Part shown: one piece after another, positions 9,555 to 20,011 of the stretch
How the letters are laid out: the number at the start of each line of letters is the position of its first letter
Position numbering within the stretch: position 1 is the stretch's first letter
Source: Synechococcus sp.
GTDB lineage: Bacteria; Cyanobacteriota; Cyanobacteriia; Thermostichales; PCC-7336
DNA length: 43,804 nucleotides
NCBI GenBank assembly: GCA_051439425.1
Contig: JBFRWD010000098.1
Coordinates: forward strand, 1 to 43,804
Direction: 5' to 3'
Notes under the pieces: generated by a model
Database searches by the model: none
What the model was told of the DNA's origin: nothing
The model's input: only the letters and a program-made list of their open reading frames with translations
Made by a program: the position numbers and the translations under genes

Positions 9555-10877
9555 GTGGTTGTAGATGTGGTGAACTGGCCCATTCTAGGAAACTGGTTGG
9601 CGATCGCCGGCTGGGTGTTGGGCTCTGTTTTGTGGGCGGAAGTGGTGCGAGACTGCTACCACGCTCTCTCCCATCAATGGCCGTGGCTGTATCGCCACCA
9701 TGCTTGGCACCACCGAGTCTTTCGCCGCGATCTGACATTCGCCAACCCCGAAGTGTATCGACAGGCGCAGTGGCATAACGACTTTCCAGAATGCTTGGTC
9801 ATGTTGGGGCTGGCGATCGCATTTTGGTTAGTTGCTTCGTTGCTCGATCCTGTCCGAGCCAATTGGACAATCCTCGGTATCGTCTATGTTTTGAGCTTTC
9901 TTGCTAGTTGCATCGCGCGCGGCAGCGGCAGCGAGTGGGCCCGAGAACTGACCGACCTGACCCACATGCCGGGTCCATTTCAGTCTGTTCCCACTCAATG
10001 GTGGGTGAATCGTCCCTATCATTGGCGACATCATTTTGATGACGATAGCGCCTACTATTGCAGTACGTTGACGTTGGTGGACAAGCTGATGGGTACGGCT
10101 TTGTCGCTGAAGGGGAAAAAGATTGCCGTCACAGGAGCCAGCGGTACGTTGGGACGGGCGCTGTTGGCCGAACTGCACAAGGCTGGGGCCAAGCCGGTTG
10201 CACTGACATCGAAAGCTGAACCGGTATCGGTTGATGTAGATGGCGAGAGGATCGAGTTTAAGACGGTGACCTGGGCCGTAGGTCGCGAGCAAGAATTAAT
10301 CGAAACGCTGCGCAAGATCGATATCTTAGTCATCAATCACGGCATTAACTGTCACGGAGACCGCACTCCCGCAGCGATCGCTAAGTCTTACGAGATCAAC
10401 ACGTTTTCTAGCCTGAGGCTACTCGATACATTTCTCGATCTTGTGGACAGCAATGCGGATATCGCCACCAAAGAAGTGTGGGTGAATACGTCCGAGGCTG
10501 AAGTCTTACCTGCAGTCAGTCCGCTGTACGAGCTATCAAAGCGGGCATTGGGAGATTTGGTGACGCTACGTCGTCTGGATGCCCCATGCATTGTGCGCAA
10601 GCTGATTCTGGGGCCGTTTAAGAGCAATCTCAACCCCATTGGGGTGATGTCAGGCAACGGGGTAGCCCGCCGCATTGTGAAAGCAGCCAAGAGCGATCGC
10701 CGCAACATTATTGTCACAATCAACCCGCTTACCTACCTTCTATTTCCTCTGAAAGAGTTCGTTCAATCGCTCTATTTCCGATGGTTTAGCAAACCTGCTG
10801 TGGCCGTTGAGAAGGCATCCGATTCGGTTGGCACCGTGTCGGCGAATGCTTCAGATAGCGCTGCATCAAACAGCTAG
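9555..10877 (+). CDS. mgdE: Sterol desaturase-like/SDR fusion; monoglucosyldiacylglycerol epimerase type
   Basis: N-terminal His boxes (HAWHH, HWRHH) fused to a Rossmann domain (VTGASGTLG, YELSK, LILGPFKSNLNP); the architecture of cyanobacterial MgdE. Confidence 0.78.
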   Translation: MVVDVVNWPILGNWLAIAGWVLGSVLWAEVVRDCYHALSHQWPWLYRHHAWHHRVFRRDLTFANPEVYRQAQWHNDFPECLVMLGLAIAFWLVASLLDPVRANWTILGIVYVLSFLASCIARGSGSEWARELTDLTHMPGPFQSVPTQWWVNRPYHWRHHFDDDSAYYCSTLTLVDKLMGTALSLKGKKIAVTGASGTLGRALLAELHKAGAKPVALTSKAEPVSVDVDGERIEFKTVTWAVGREQELIETLRKIDILVINHGINCHGDRTPAAIAKSYEINTFSSLRLLDTFLDLVDSNADIATKEVWVNTSEAEVLPAVSPLYELSKRALGDLVTLRRLDAPCIVRKLILGPFKSNLNPIGVMSGNGVARRIVKAAKSDRRNIIVTINPLTYLLFPLKEFVQSLYFRWFSKPAVAVEKASDSVGTVSANASDSAASNS

Positions 10878-10901
10878 AGGAATCGCAACGGGAGTTCAAT
10901 C

Positions 10902-11159
10902 ATGGCAGAGCAACTGTTCGAACAAAATCATTACGTTCTGCTAATGCCGGGAGCTGCTGAGGAATTTCTGAGCGCCTCCGAACTTGCCGAGTTTTTGCAG
11001 CGATTGCTGGAAGCATATCCCGACGCAGCAGACGCCGATATCCAGCAATTCGGTACCGTTACCGAACAGGCCCAACGACTCATCGAAACCACCTGCGAGC
11101 TACCGATCGCCCCCGGTCAGACAGTTGAGTGGTACGCCGTACGTCTGAATAAAAAGTAG
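10902..11159 (+). CDS. crr7: Chlororespiratory reduction protein 7 (NDH-1 assembly)
   Basis: HYVLLMPG..EEFLSASEL...LIETTCEL.I.PGQTVEWYAVRL. Confidence 0.8.
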   Translation: MAEQLFEQNHYVLLMPGAAEEFLSASELAEFLQRLLEAYPDAADADIQQFGTVTEQAQRLIETTCELPIAPGQTVEWYAVRLNKK

Positions 11160-11300
11160 TTCCTAAGCCAATTTAGACGTCCTGGGCCAAAGCAAGAACC
11201 TGATTGAAGATCGCCCAACCTCCTGCAAAGTCGCGGGATGTGATTGGCCCAGGTGGATATGATAGTGAAGCCAAAATTTAAACGGGTAGCTTGAATCTTG

Positions 11301-12461
11301 ATGGGCCATCTCGATCCCGCCTTGTATTTCGATCACAGCGCCACCACACCTCCACGACCGGAAGTATTAGCCGCATTTCAGCAGGCGGCCACTGAATCGT
11401 GGGGGAATCCCTCCAGCTTGCATAGCTGGGGGCAGCGGGCGGCGATCGCGGTAGAAATTGCCCGTCAACAAGTGGCAACATCAATCGGTGCAGCCCCCGA
11501 GCGTATTGTGTTCACCTCTGGCGGCACCGAGTCAGACAACCTTGCTCTGTTAGGAATCGCGCGCCAATTTGACAGCCCTCAACACCTGATTATCTCCAGC
11601 GTGGAACATGCCGCGATCGCCAAACCTGCCCTCTATCTGGAATCGCAAGGGTGGCAAGTGACACGCTTGCCAGTGAACGAACAGGGACAAGTTTCCCCCT
11701 TTGTGCTGGCAGATGCCATCCAGCCCGATACCATCCTCGTCTCGGTCATTCACGGCCAGAGCGAAGTGGGTACCATCCAGCCGATCGCCGATATGGCAGA
11801 AGTGTGCCGCGAAGCTGGAGTATTGCTACACAGCGATTGCGTGCAGACAGCAGGGCGGCTGCCGATCGACATTGACGAGCTAGGGGTGGATTTACTATCG
11901 ATGTCCAGCCACAAGCTATACGGCCCCCAAGGAGTAGGGGCACTGTACGTGCGAGAAGGAGTCAACATTGCTCCGCTGGCCTTGGGAGGAAAGCAGGAGG
12001 ATAAGCTGAGAGCCGGTACCCAAGCAGTACCTGCGATCGCGGGCTTTGGTGTGGCGGCCGAACTCGCCCAACAAGAGCTGCAGGACGAAACCCAGCGACT
12101 GCGTAGTTTGCAAGCCCAACTAGCAGAGGCGATCGCCGCTATTGATGGCCTTGTTGCCACTGGCCCCACAGACATAAATGAACGCCTACCCCATCACCTC
12201 AGCTACTGCACCGATCGCCACACCGGCACTTGGCTAGTCACGCAACTCAACTTAGCCGGGTTCGCCGTCAGCGCCGGCTCGGCATGCAGCAGTGGAGAAT
12301 TACAGCCCAACCCCACCCTGCTGGCGTCTGGGTTCTCGGAACAGCAAGCACTTGGGGCGATTCGCATCACGATGGGCAAAGCCACAACGGAAGTGTCGAT
12401 TGCGCACTTGGCCGACACTCTCAAGGCCGTGATGGCCAGTGCGCCCATTTCGGTTGTTTAG
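11301..12461 (+). CDS. Cysteine desulfurase (IscS/NifS family)
   Basis: YFDHSATT, GNPSSLH, FTSGGTESDN, SSHKLYGPQG (PLP lysine), SAGSACSS (catalytic Cys). Confidence 0.92.
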   Translation: MGHLDPALYFDHSATTPPRPEVLAAFQQAATESWGNPSSLHSWGQRAAIAVEIARQQVATSIGAAPERIVFTSGGTESDNLALLGIARQFDSPQHLIISSVEHAAIAKPALYLESQGWQVTRLPVNEQGQVSPFVLADAIQPDTILVSVIHGQSEVGTIQPIADMAEVCREAGVLLHSDCVQTAGRLPIDIDELGVDLLSMSSHKLYGPQGVGALYVREGVNIAPLALGGKQEDKLRAGTQAVPAIAGFGVAAELAQQELQDETQRLRSLQAQLAEAIAAIDGLVATGPTDINERLPHHLSYCTDRHTGTWLVTQLNLAGFAVSAGSACSSGELQPNPTLLASGFSEQQALGAIRITMGKATTEVSIAHLADTLKAVMASAPISVV

Positions 12462-12483
12462 TGGATTGAAATTCAATGCTTGC

Positions 12484-13062
12484 TCATGCGCTTTGACTGC
12501 TAACCTGCCGCTTCCAAATAAAACCAGACAGGATGTTGGCAACCAAATGGGCAATCCCCGGAACCAGCAGGTTTCCCGTGAACAACAGACTAAAGCCGAA
12601 GATGGCCCCGATCGCCATCGCCCACATCCCATAAGGCCATTGTTTTAGATCCATAAGATGTAAGCTACCAAAGGCAATGCTGGTGGCAGCGATCGCCAGC
12701 GGGGTTAGCCCCAAAGCCCCTAAGGCTACTCCGCGAAATAGCAGTTCTTCACTCATGCTGGGCAGCAGCCCCAACCAAATCAGGTCGGGCCACTCTAGCG
12801 GGGCCACGATGGTGGTCATATACTGCTCGGCACAGGCTCTGTATTGGGGCCACAAAAAGTACAACCCCCGACTGAGAACAACCACAATCAAACCGAGCGC
12901 CACACCTTGGAGGGCATCTATGGTGTCCCAACGGGCGTTAATCAGAGCAAAGTTGCCCAGCCACAACCATAATTTGGAGACCACTCCCAATAGCAGTGCC
13001 GTCACGCCCATAGCAATTAAGACTTGTTGACGTGATAACTCGAGAGGGTCGGGGGAATTCAT
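12484..13062 (-). CDS. CPBP/CAAX intramembrane metalloprotease
   Basis: EELLFRG, FGSLH, HLVAN motifs and several TM helices; probable ATG at 13062. Confidence 0.88.
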   Translation of the reverse strand: MNSPDPLELSRQQVLIAMGVTALLLGVVSKLWLWLGNFALINARWDTIDALQGVALGLIVVVLSRGLYFLWPQYRACAEQYMTTIVAPLEWPDLIWLGLLPSMSEELLFRGVALGALGLTPLAIAATSIAFGSLHLMDLKQWPYGMWAMAIGAIFGFSLLFTGNLLVPGIAHLVANILSGFIWKRQVSSQSA

Positions 13063-13422
13063 ACGAAGTTGGTTTGTAGATGGGCTGGGCCTACGAAATT
13101 GTATCAACGGACTCTACAAACGCTCGATCGATCGGTGTGACTTTCTAGAGAATCTAGGCCTTGGGGACACTTCCTCCAAATATCTGGACAAATTCCTTCC
13201 CAATGGCAATAGCTCGATCCAGGGTATTTGATTGCGATCCAATCTAGAGCAACGATCGCACAATCCCGAGGCTGGCCTCTTTCAATTTCGTAGGCTACAA
13301 ATGCAAAACTTGCCAAGGTAAGACATGGTGAGAATTCTTATCGCCAGCCATGCAGCTGCTTGTGGGCACAATGGCAACGCACCCAGACATATCCACATCT
13401 TAGATAGATAGCGATCCCCCCT

Positions 13423-14580
13423 ATGCTCTCCAATATTTCGACTAAAAATTTGATCTTTGGCATCTTGTTGTTGTTCGTTCCTGCCTCCCTAGCTGCCAAC
13501 TATCTGGAGTGGGGTTCGCTAGCGATCTTTATTACTGCCGGGCTGGCGATCCTGCCACTGGCGGGGTTTATGGGGACAGCGACGGAGGAAATCGCGATCG
13601 CGGCTGGCCCGTTGCTGGGCGGCCTGTTGAATGCCACGTTTGGCAACGCGACGGAACTGATTATTGCGGTTTTTGCCCTGCGGGCTGGCTTGGTGGATGT
13701 GGTCAAAGCCAGTATCACCGGATCGATGATCGGCAATCTCCTACTAGTGATGGGCTTAGCCATGCTGTTGGGGGGCATCCGATTTAAAGAACAAAGGTTT
13801 CAGCCCACCATTGCCCGCATTAATGCCTCTGCCATGACCCTGGCTGTGATCGCGATCTTGGTCCCCACAGCGGTGAATGCCACCTCGGTGGGACTGGAGT
13901 TGCCGGTGATGGAGCAACTATCGGTGGATGTGGCGATCGTTCTGATGGGGGTCTATGTGATGACACTGCTGTTCTCCATGAAGACCCACAGCTATCTCTA
14001 CGATTTGAATGTCGAGGATAGCGGGGCAGCCTCAGATAGCGTTGTGACTAACGCTGAATCTGCAGACGCAAAAGTTACTAAGCATGAGGAGCATCACGGG
14101 CCGGTCAACGTCAAATTATGGATAGGGGTTTTATTCGCTTGCACGCTAGCAGTAGCAATTGAGTCAGAGCTGTTGGTGTCAAGCTTGGAACCTGCAACAG
14201 AAATGCTGGGGCTGACTTCGCTGTTTACTGGGGTGATTGTGTTGCCCATCATTGGTAATGCTGCCGAACACGCAACGGCAGTGGCGGTGGCAATGAAAAA
14301 CAAGATGGAATTATCTATTTCGGTTGCTGTAGGCTCTACGTTGCAAATTGCTTTGTTTGTTGGCCCTCTTCTCGTCATTCTGGGTCAACTTATGGGCCAG
14401 CCAATGGATTTGGATTTCAATTTGTTTGAGCTAGTGTCGGTAGCTGTAGCAGTGGCGATCGCCAATTCAATCAGTTCTGATGGCCGTTCCAATTGGCTAG
14501 AAGGCATTTTACTGATTAGCACCTATCTAGTTCTGGGCCTCTCCTTCTTCTTCCATCCCGAAATTACGGCATTGGGGTGA
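13423..14580 (+). CDS. Calcium/proton antiporter (CaCA family)
   Basis: GGLLNATFGNATELII and PIIGNAAEH alpha repeats, SNWLEG. Confidence 0.93.
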   Translation: MLSNISTKNLIFGILLLFVPASLAANYLEWGSLAIFITAGLAILPLAGFMGTATEEIAIAAGPLLGGLLNATFGNATELIIAVFALRAGLVDVVKASITGSMIGNLLLVMGLAMLLGGIRFKEQRFQPTIARINASAMTLAVIAILVPTAVNATSVGLELPVMEQLSVDVAIVLMGVYVMTLLFSMKTHSYLYDLNVEDSGAASDSVVTNAESADAKVTKHEEHHGPVNVKLWIGVLFACTLAVAIESELLVSSLEPATEMLGLTSLFTGVIVLPIIGNAAEHATAVAVAMKNKMELSISVAVGSTLQIALFVGPLLVILGQLMGQPMDLDFNLFELVSVAVAVAIANSISSDGRSNWLEGILLISTYLVLGLSFFFHPEITALG

Positions 14581-14858
14581 TTTACACGACGGTAGAAGCT
14601 TGCGGAATGAGCAGAGGTACTGGCCAGAGGGTATGCGCTCTCTACTTTCGTCCGATTGACGAACCCTAATATTTAGCCTACTTTCTGCTGCCAGTGTTAC
14701 CAAATATCAAATCCTTTTGAGCAGACCCTAGAGATCGTTTCTCCTTATAGAACCAAGTTAATGTAGCGCTTTTCGAATTTTCATTTTTGGGCAGGAATTC
14801 CCAGTTTTGTATAAAACACCCGATTTTGAGCGACCCCAACGCCTCAACCTTCTATCAA

Positions 14859-15560
14859 TTAGCCAATGTCAATTGTAAGATTAATTGCCTCTTGTCGATA
14901 TTTAGTGATATAGAACATCAGGCTGTAGATAAAGATTAACAATCCAGTGATCTCCATCATTTCTTCAAGACTAACTATTAATGCATAAACAAGATTTTTC
15001 TGGCTTCCAGCTATTCTTATCCACGATCCTCCGATCATCTCTATTCCTAATGCTCCGCCTACGTAGAAAAAAGCAGACAGCAGAATCAAGCTCTTTATTC
15101 TTGTCGGCAAGTTTAAAATAAACCTGGAAAAATAAAATCCAAGAATGGCTAATGCAATTCCATAAGGAATAACCCAAGGAAAATGGAAGATGCCAGGCAA
15201 TTGCTTGGCGACTTGCGGAAAGAGCATAAAAATGCCATGAATTTGGAATGCTTCATCGAGAGCCAGAAATATGAATATATAGTGTAAAATCTTCCAATGC
15301 TTAACAAATGCTTCTTGGCGATTGTTCTCCATGACTGCTATTCGTTTGAGCAAGAATGCACAGATAAGCAACAATATTACAGAAAAGAACGTAGGAAAAT
15401 TATACTCTTCATCTATGTTAAAGACGTACATCCAATCTTCTCGATAGTCGTATCCATATTTTGCTATTTGGACGAACAGATTTAATATGCTAAGAACGAC
15501 AAACGTTGACGTTAAAACCTTGATGATCTGTACGGGAGATGAGTTTAATTTGATGTTCAT
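14859..15560 (-). CDS. Hypothetical multi-pass membrane protein
   Basis: About 6 hydrophobic segments; motifs E.NFPTFFS, LALDE...IH, GGALGIEM, EEMME; AT-rich. Confidence 0.7.
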   Translation of the reverse strand: MNIKLNSSPVQIIKVLTSTFVVLSILNLFVQIAKYGYDYREDWMYVFNIDEEYNFPTFFSVILLLICAFLLKRIAVMENNRQEAFVKHWKILHYIFIFLALDEAFQIHGIFMLFPQVAKQLPGIFHFPWVIPYGIALAILGFYFSRFILNLPTRIKSLILLSAFFYVGGALGIEMIGGSWIRIAGSQKNLVYALIVSLEEMMEITGLLIFIYSLMFYITKYRQEAINLTIDIG

Positions 15561-16020
15561 TCGCGATATAACAATCTACTTGGCTGACAAAGCGTATTGA
15601 GAGTGGTAGACAATCAAAGCATAAAAAAATGAACTCATTTTCGTCAGGTGGTCAAGCCCGACTGAATAGCGATGACAGACACCTCTCGACTAAATGATGA
15701 ACGATGTTGATTGTGAGGTCAATCCGAATAGAAGGATTTCCACCAATTATTAGCGTTATAAACGGCTTTGGAATTGCAGGAGCGGAATACATCAGCATGA
15801 GTCAATAGGACATATTCATAATGCAGCCAGCTTATCTATCAGAGTGTATGAGACATCAAATCTATACTTGATGATCGCGAATAAGAACTAAATATATACT
15901 GGCCAAACAAAAAGTGCTTCTCGTTCGAGAAAAATCTAGAGTTGCGAATAACTGCCGATTTTATAGCTTGAAATGTCTCTATGATAAAATCGTACTTGTT
16001 GAATTAGCATTTATAGTGTA

Positions 16021-16716
16021 ATGCAATCTAAGCGCCAATCGAATTGGTCATTTCTCATTCGTGTTGTTGGCAAATATAATTTTATTTTTTTGATAACTAT
16101 ACTTACTCCATTGATCGTCCTTTGTAAGCAGATTTATACTAAAAACTATCCAGAATTTGATGCTAGCTTCATGCTCTGGTTGCAGCAGAATACTTCTCCT
16201 GAGTCGGGGTCTTTTATTAAGATATTTTATCTTCTCGGCGGAACGGAGTGCGCAGCATTAGTCGTGCTTATCGGCTTAGGGATATTGGCCTGGAAGCGCT
16301 ATTGGCAAGAAGCCACAACGTTAGCTTTTGGATCTTTAGGTGTTTTGATCCTAGTTGATGAGATTCTCAAACCATTACTGGGGCGCCGACGTCCAGATGA
16401 CCGGCTAGTCGAAGTGTCTGGAAGTAAAAGTTTTCCTAGCGGACACGCTACAGGCAATCTATTTCTATACTTCTACCTTTCCTACTTGATTGCAGCTCGT
16501 TTTCCCAAGCTGACTCCGTATATTTATATCGTAGCCTCTATCTTTTTAGTTATGATGGGATTCAGCAGTGTCTACGTCAGAGCACACTGGCCTACAGATA
16601 TCATTGCTGGCTATGGAATTGGCTATATTTGGCTAACTATTGCATTAATTTGCCTGAAAATATCGAAGAGAAATAAATCGATTTCGTCTGAGGTTCCATC
16701 AAAAAAAAATATATGA
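16021..16716 (+). CDS. PAP2-family phosphatase (undecaprenyl-PP / lipid phosphatase-like)
   Basis: K...GRRRP, SFPSGH, SVYVRAHWPTD. The third motif has S-S where S-R is usual. Confidence 0.88.
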   Translation: MQSKRQSNWSFLIRVVGKYNFIFLITILTPLIVLCKQIYTKNYPEFDASFMLWLQQNTSPESGSFIKIFYLLGGTECAALVVLIGLGILAWKRYWQEATTLAFGSLGVLILVDEILKPLLGRRRPDDRLVEVSGSKSFPSGHATGNLFLYFYLSYLIAARFPKLTPYIYIVASIFLVMMGFSSVYVRAHWPTDIIAGYGIGYIWLTIALICLKISKRNKSISSEVPSKKNI

Positions 16717-18167
16717 AATTGAAACTCATGAGTCCCTGGCATAAATATGTATATTCAATTATCCTTGGGACAACCTTATTTCGAGTCCTGGCTTTGGGCG
16801 CATATCCACTAGCAGATAGAACTGAGTCTCGCTATGGAGAAATTGCTCGTAAAATGCTGGAAACAGGTGACTGGATTACGCCACAGATTGACTATGGCGT
16901 GCCATTTTGGGGTAAACCGCCTCTCTCTACATGGCTGACTGCCGGATCTTTTCAGCTATTTGGTGTGAATGAATTCTCTGCTCGATTTTCTTCTTTCATA
17001 TTGATATTCCTTTCAGTGTGCTTGGTTTATGCGATTGCCAGAGAACGTGGAGCCAACTACTCTATCTTAGGTGCGATGGTAGCTGCCACTACAGCTGGTT
17101 TTTTTGTTAGCAGCGGAACGGTAATGACCGATCCAGCTTTGGTGTTCGGTATAACTTTATCGATGGTTGGATTTTGGCAGTCCGTAAAATCTACTTCTCT
17201 TACTCGTTTGTGGGGCTATTCATTCTTCATTGGTATTGCTATTGCTGTACTTGCTAAGGGGCCAGTAGGAATTGTTCTGATATTTTTCCCAATTATTGTT
17301 TGGTCGATTTGGCAGAAAAAGCTTAATGATGTTTGGCAGCGTATTCCTTGGTTCAGTGGTACGATTTTATTGCTATTGATTGCTTTGCCTTGGTATGTGC
17401 TGGCAGAAGTAAAAACGCCAGGGTTTATTGACTACTTCCTAGTTGGCGAACACTGGAAGAGGTTTACTGAAAGCGGTTGGACGGGTGACTTGTACGGTAG
17501 TGGCCACGCACATCCTCATGGCACAATTTGGCTGTACTGGTTGCTGGCAGCCTTTCCGTGGTCCTTTCTCGGTCTAGGTTTAATCGCGAAAATGGTCCTA
17601 GGCCGCTCCCGTCAGCATGTGTCAAATTTGGTTCAAAACCATAGAGAATGGATAACATACCTCCTTCTATGGGCCATTACTCCGATGCTCGTCTTTACTT
17701 TCGCGAGCAATATTCTTTGGACTTATGTCTTACCTGGATTGCCTGCCTTTGCATTGTTAATGTCCGAACTCTTATTGCCTTGGCCGGCTATGTATAAGAA
17801 AAGTATGTTGTATTCATCTATAGGCTTAGTTGTGCCTTTGGTGTTTCTGCTGGCGTTTCCCGTTGTTGTCAATGTAGCGAATCAAAACTCTCATAAAAAT
17901 ATCGTCAGCTCTTATCACGAGTCATGCAATCTTTCTGCTTGTCAGCTGGTGTATATGTTTGGAATGCCTTACTCTGCAGAATTCTATTCAAGAGGTAAAG
18001 CTATTGAAGTAGATGATGTTGAGCAAGCGATTCAACTGCTTGAAGAAAAGGAAGAAACTTACTTTGTCGTGAAAAGCAGAAAGATAGACGAATTGCCAGA
18101 AGAATTCACTACTAGGATTGAGAACGTTGCAGCCCATAGTGGCATTACACTATTTCGAGCGGTATAG
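16713..18167 (+). CDS. ArnT/PMT-family (GT-C) lipid-carrier-dependent glycosyltransferase
   Basis: ESRYGEIARKM..GDWITP, FWGKPPL..W, FGVNEFSAR, LAKGPVG, LPWY; ATGA overlap with the PAP2 gene. Confidence 0.88.
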   Translation: MKLKLMSPWHKYVYSIILGTTLFRVLALGAYPLADRTESRYGEIARKMLETGDWITPQIDYGVPFWGKPPLSTWLTAGSFQLFGVNEFSARFSSFILIFLSVCLVYAIARERGANYSILGAMVAATTAGFFVSSGTVMTDPALVFGITLSMVGFWQSVKSTSLTRLWGYSFFIGIAIAVLAKGPVGIVLIFFPIIVWSIWQKKLNDVWQRIPWFSGTILLLLIALPWYVLAEVKTPGFIDYFLVGEHWKRFTESGWTGDLYGSGHAHPHGTIWLYWLLAAFPWSFLGLGLIAKMVLGRSRQHVSNLVQNHREWITYLLLWAITPMLVFTFASNILWTYVLPGLPAFALLMSELLLPWPAMYKKSMLYSSIGLVVPLVFLLAFPVVVNVANQNSHKNIVSSYHESCNLSACQLVYMFGMPYSAEFYSRGKAIEVDDVEQAIQLLEEKEETYFVVKSRKIDELPEEFTTRIENVAAHSGITLFRAV

Positions 18168-18213
18168 CGTTCCCAAAACTTTCTGCCATGGATTCTGTTC
18201 GATCTGGGCTCTT

Positions 18214-18360
18214 AGCATCGTCAACTATCTCATCAGCGTTGTGGCCAAGTCTATGTATGGCTTAGGAGATGGGCATAAGTTCCAAGCGTCATCGCTTTGC
18301 TGCCGGGCTCATTTCCCACTGCGTCTGGCTGGCGATGCCTGCTGACAGGTTAAGTTGTTC
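18214..18360 (+). mobile_element. Miniature IS6-family relic (N-terminal transposase fragment between degenerate ends)
   Basis: AGCATCGTCAACT end-like motif at 18214-18226; SKRHRFAAGLISHCVWL matches the IS6 N-terminus; GTTAAGTTGT end-like motif at 18349-18358; the leader is homologous to that of the relic ending at 29555. Confidence 0.7.
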
Positions 18361-18590
18361 CTATGTTGGATTTACTACATGTATCTGCACATCACGAGAG
18401 TGGCGAGGGATAATGCCTGGAGGTAGCCTGCACGAGAAACAGGCGATTCTGTGGTTACACAGGTTTGAACTTGCTTGAATAGACGATGTTGGGGCCATAC
18501 TTATAGCCAAATTTTTTTCGAGTCTTACTCAAAGTCGAAACGACTCTGATATCCTGTCAACTGTCAAGAATTTTTCGAGGAACATGCTCC

Positions 18591-19190
18591 ATGAGCGAGG
18601 TCACCACTGTAAAGGTCGGCGCTCCTGCACCAGACTTTGAAGCTACAGCTGTTGTCGATGGAGACTTCGAGACGGTCAAGCTGTCGCAGTACCGCGGCAA
18701 GTATGTCGTTCTGTTCTTTTACCCCCTCGACTTCACGTTCGTTTGCCCGACCGAAATTACCGCATTCAGCGATCGCGCTAGCGAGTTTACAGCTCTCAAT
18801 ACCCAAATCTTGGGTGTTTCCGTTGATAGCGAATTCTCTCATCTGGCCTGGACGCAGACTGCCCGCAACCAAGGTGGCGTTGGCGATGTCGCTTATCCTC
18901 TGGTTTCCGATATCAAGAAAGAAATTAGCGCAGCGTACGATGTTCTAACCGATGCAGGTGTTGCCCTGCGTGGCCTGTTCATCATCGACCCTGAAGGTGC
19001 TGTTCAGTACGCCACCGTCAACAACTTAGGCTTTGGTCGTAGTGTTGACGAGACCAAGCGCGTTCTACAAGCGATTCAGTACATCCAGAGCAACCCTGAC
19101 GAAGTTTGCCCTGCTAATTGGCAGCCCGGAGACGCCACCATGAAGCCTTCTCCCACCGAGTCCAAAGAGTACTTTGCGACTGTCGGCTAA
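18591..19190 (+). CDS. 2-Cys peroxiredoxin (AhpC/TSA)
   Basis: [24 protein letters not shown] and C-terminal YF motifs. Confidence 0.95.
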   Translation: MSEVTTVKVGAPAPDFEATAVVDGDFETVKLSQYRGKYVVLFFYPLDFTFVCPTEITAFSDRASEFTALNTQILGVSVDSEFSHLAWTQTARNQGGVGDVAYPLVSDIKKEISAAYDVLTDAGVALRGLFIIDPEGAVQYATVNNLGFGRSVDETKRVLQAIQYIQSNPDEVCPANWQPGDATMKPSPTESKEYFATVG

Positions 19191-19216
19191 CACCCGACTA
19201 TCGTGTTGACTTGACA

Positions 19217-19248
19217 CAAAAAAGGGCGACCCTAGGGCCGCCCTTTTG
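19217..19248. terminator. Bidirectional intrinsic terminator
   Basis: CAAAAAAGGGCGACCCTAGGGCCGCCCTTTTG: GC hairpin with A/T tails between convergent genes. Confidence 0.75.
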
Positions 19249-19357
19249 ACTAATTCAACAGTTCCCGACTCTTTGTGGCGTGTAAGCAAACTGTTAGACA
19301 AGTTGGGCTTCCATATCTGCAAGCTCCCTCGAACTTAGACCAATTTGCTATGAGTCG

Positions 19358-20011
19358 TTAAGGGTCAATCTTTTGCATCAAACGTTCCATAGGGTCAAAG
19401 TCTGGAGAGAATTGGGTGGCGTCATCGTAGTTGGCACTGAACAAATCTGCCCCTTGGAAGTTGACATCAACCAGATTTGCCCCTCTAAAGTCCGTATCGA
19501 TCGCCTTCACTCCGGTTAAGTCAGCGTTGTTTAAGTTGGCTCCACTAAAGTTGGCATGGGTTAAGTTCAAGCGAAAGACATTCCCCGAAAGATCGGCCTC
19601 GATTAAGTTCGCATCGGTGAAATCTGTCCTGAATAGATACGCTCCATCCAGCTTGGCCTTGAGTAAATTAGCCCCTTCTAAGCTGGCATTAGCGAAGTTA
19701 GCATGACTGAGATTGGCTTGGCGCAGGTTGGCATCATCCAAGCCTGCCCCAATCAGGTTTGCATGGGCAAGGCTGGCTCCAATCAAAATGGTGCCACCCA
19801 GATTGGCACGGGTGAGTTGAGCGCCGCGCAAGCGGGCTCCAGTCAAGTCCATCCCGCTCAAATCGGCTTCTACCAAGTTGCAACGTTCGCAAGAGCCGGT
19901 TTCTTTTAGTCGTTGTAAATCTCTTTCGCTGTAGGCGCGAGCTTCGGGTGCAAGCCCAGCAGTTGCCAGTGCTGCAATTCCAACTATTCCCAGAGTCAAT
20001 GCTAGTTTCAT
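19358..20011 (-). CDS. Exported pentapeptide repeat protein
   Basis: Signal peptide MKLALTLGIVGIAALA...ARA; L.RL..TGSCERCNL..ADL followed by A(N/D)LXX repeats. Confidence 0.9.
   Translation of the reverse strand: MKLALTLGIVGIAALATAGLAPEARAYSERDLQRLKETGSCERCNLVEADLSGMDLTGARLRGAQLTRANLGGTILIGASLAHANLIGAGLDDANLRQANLSHANFANASLEGANLLKAKLDGAYLFRTDFTDANLIEADLSGNVFRLNLTHANFSGANLNNADLTGVKAIDTDFRGANLVDVNFQGADLFSANYDDATQFSPDFDPMERLMQKIDP

Noticed and set aside
13104..13316. 70-aa ORF upstream of the CAAX protease gene
   Set aside because: TTG start, no recognisable motif, and it occupies the divergent promoter region.
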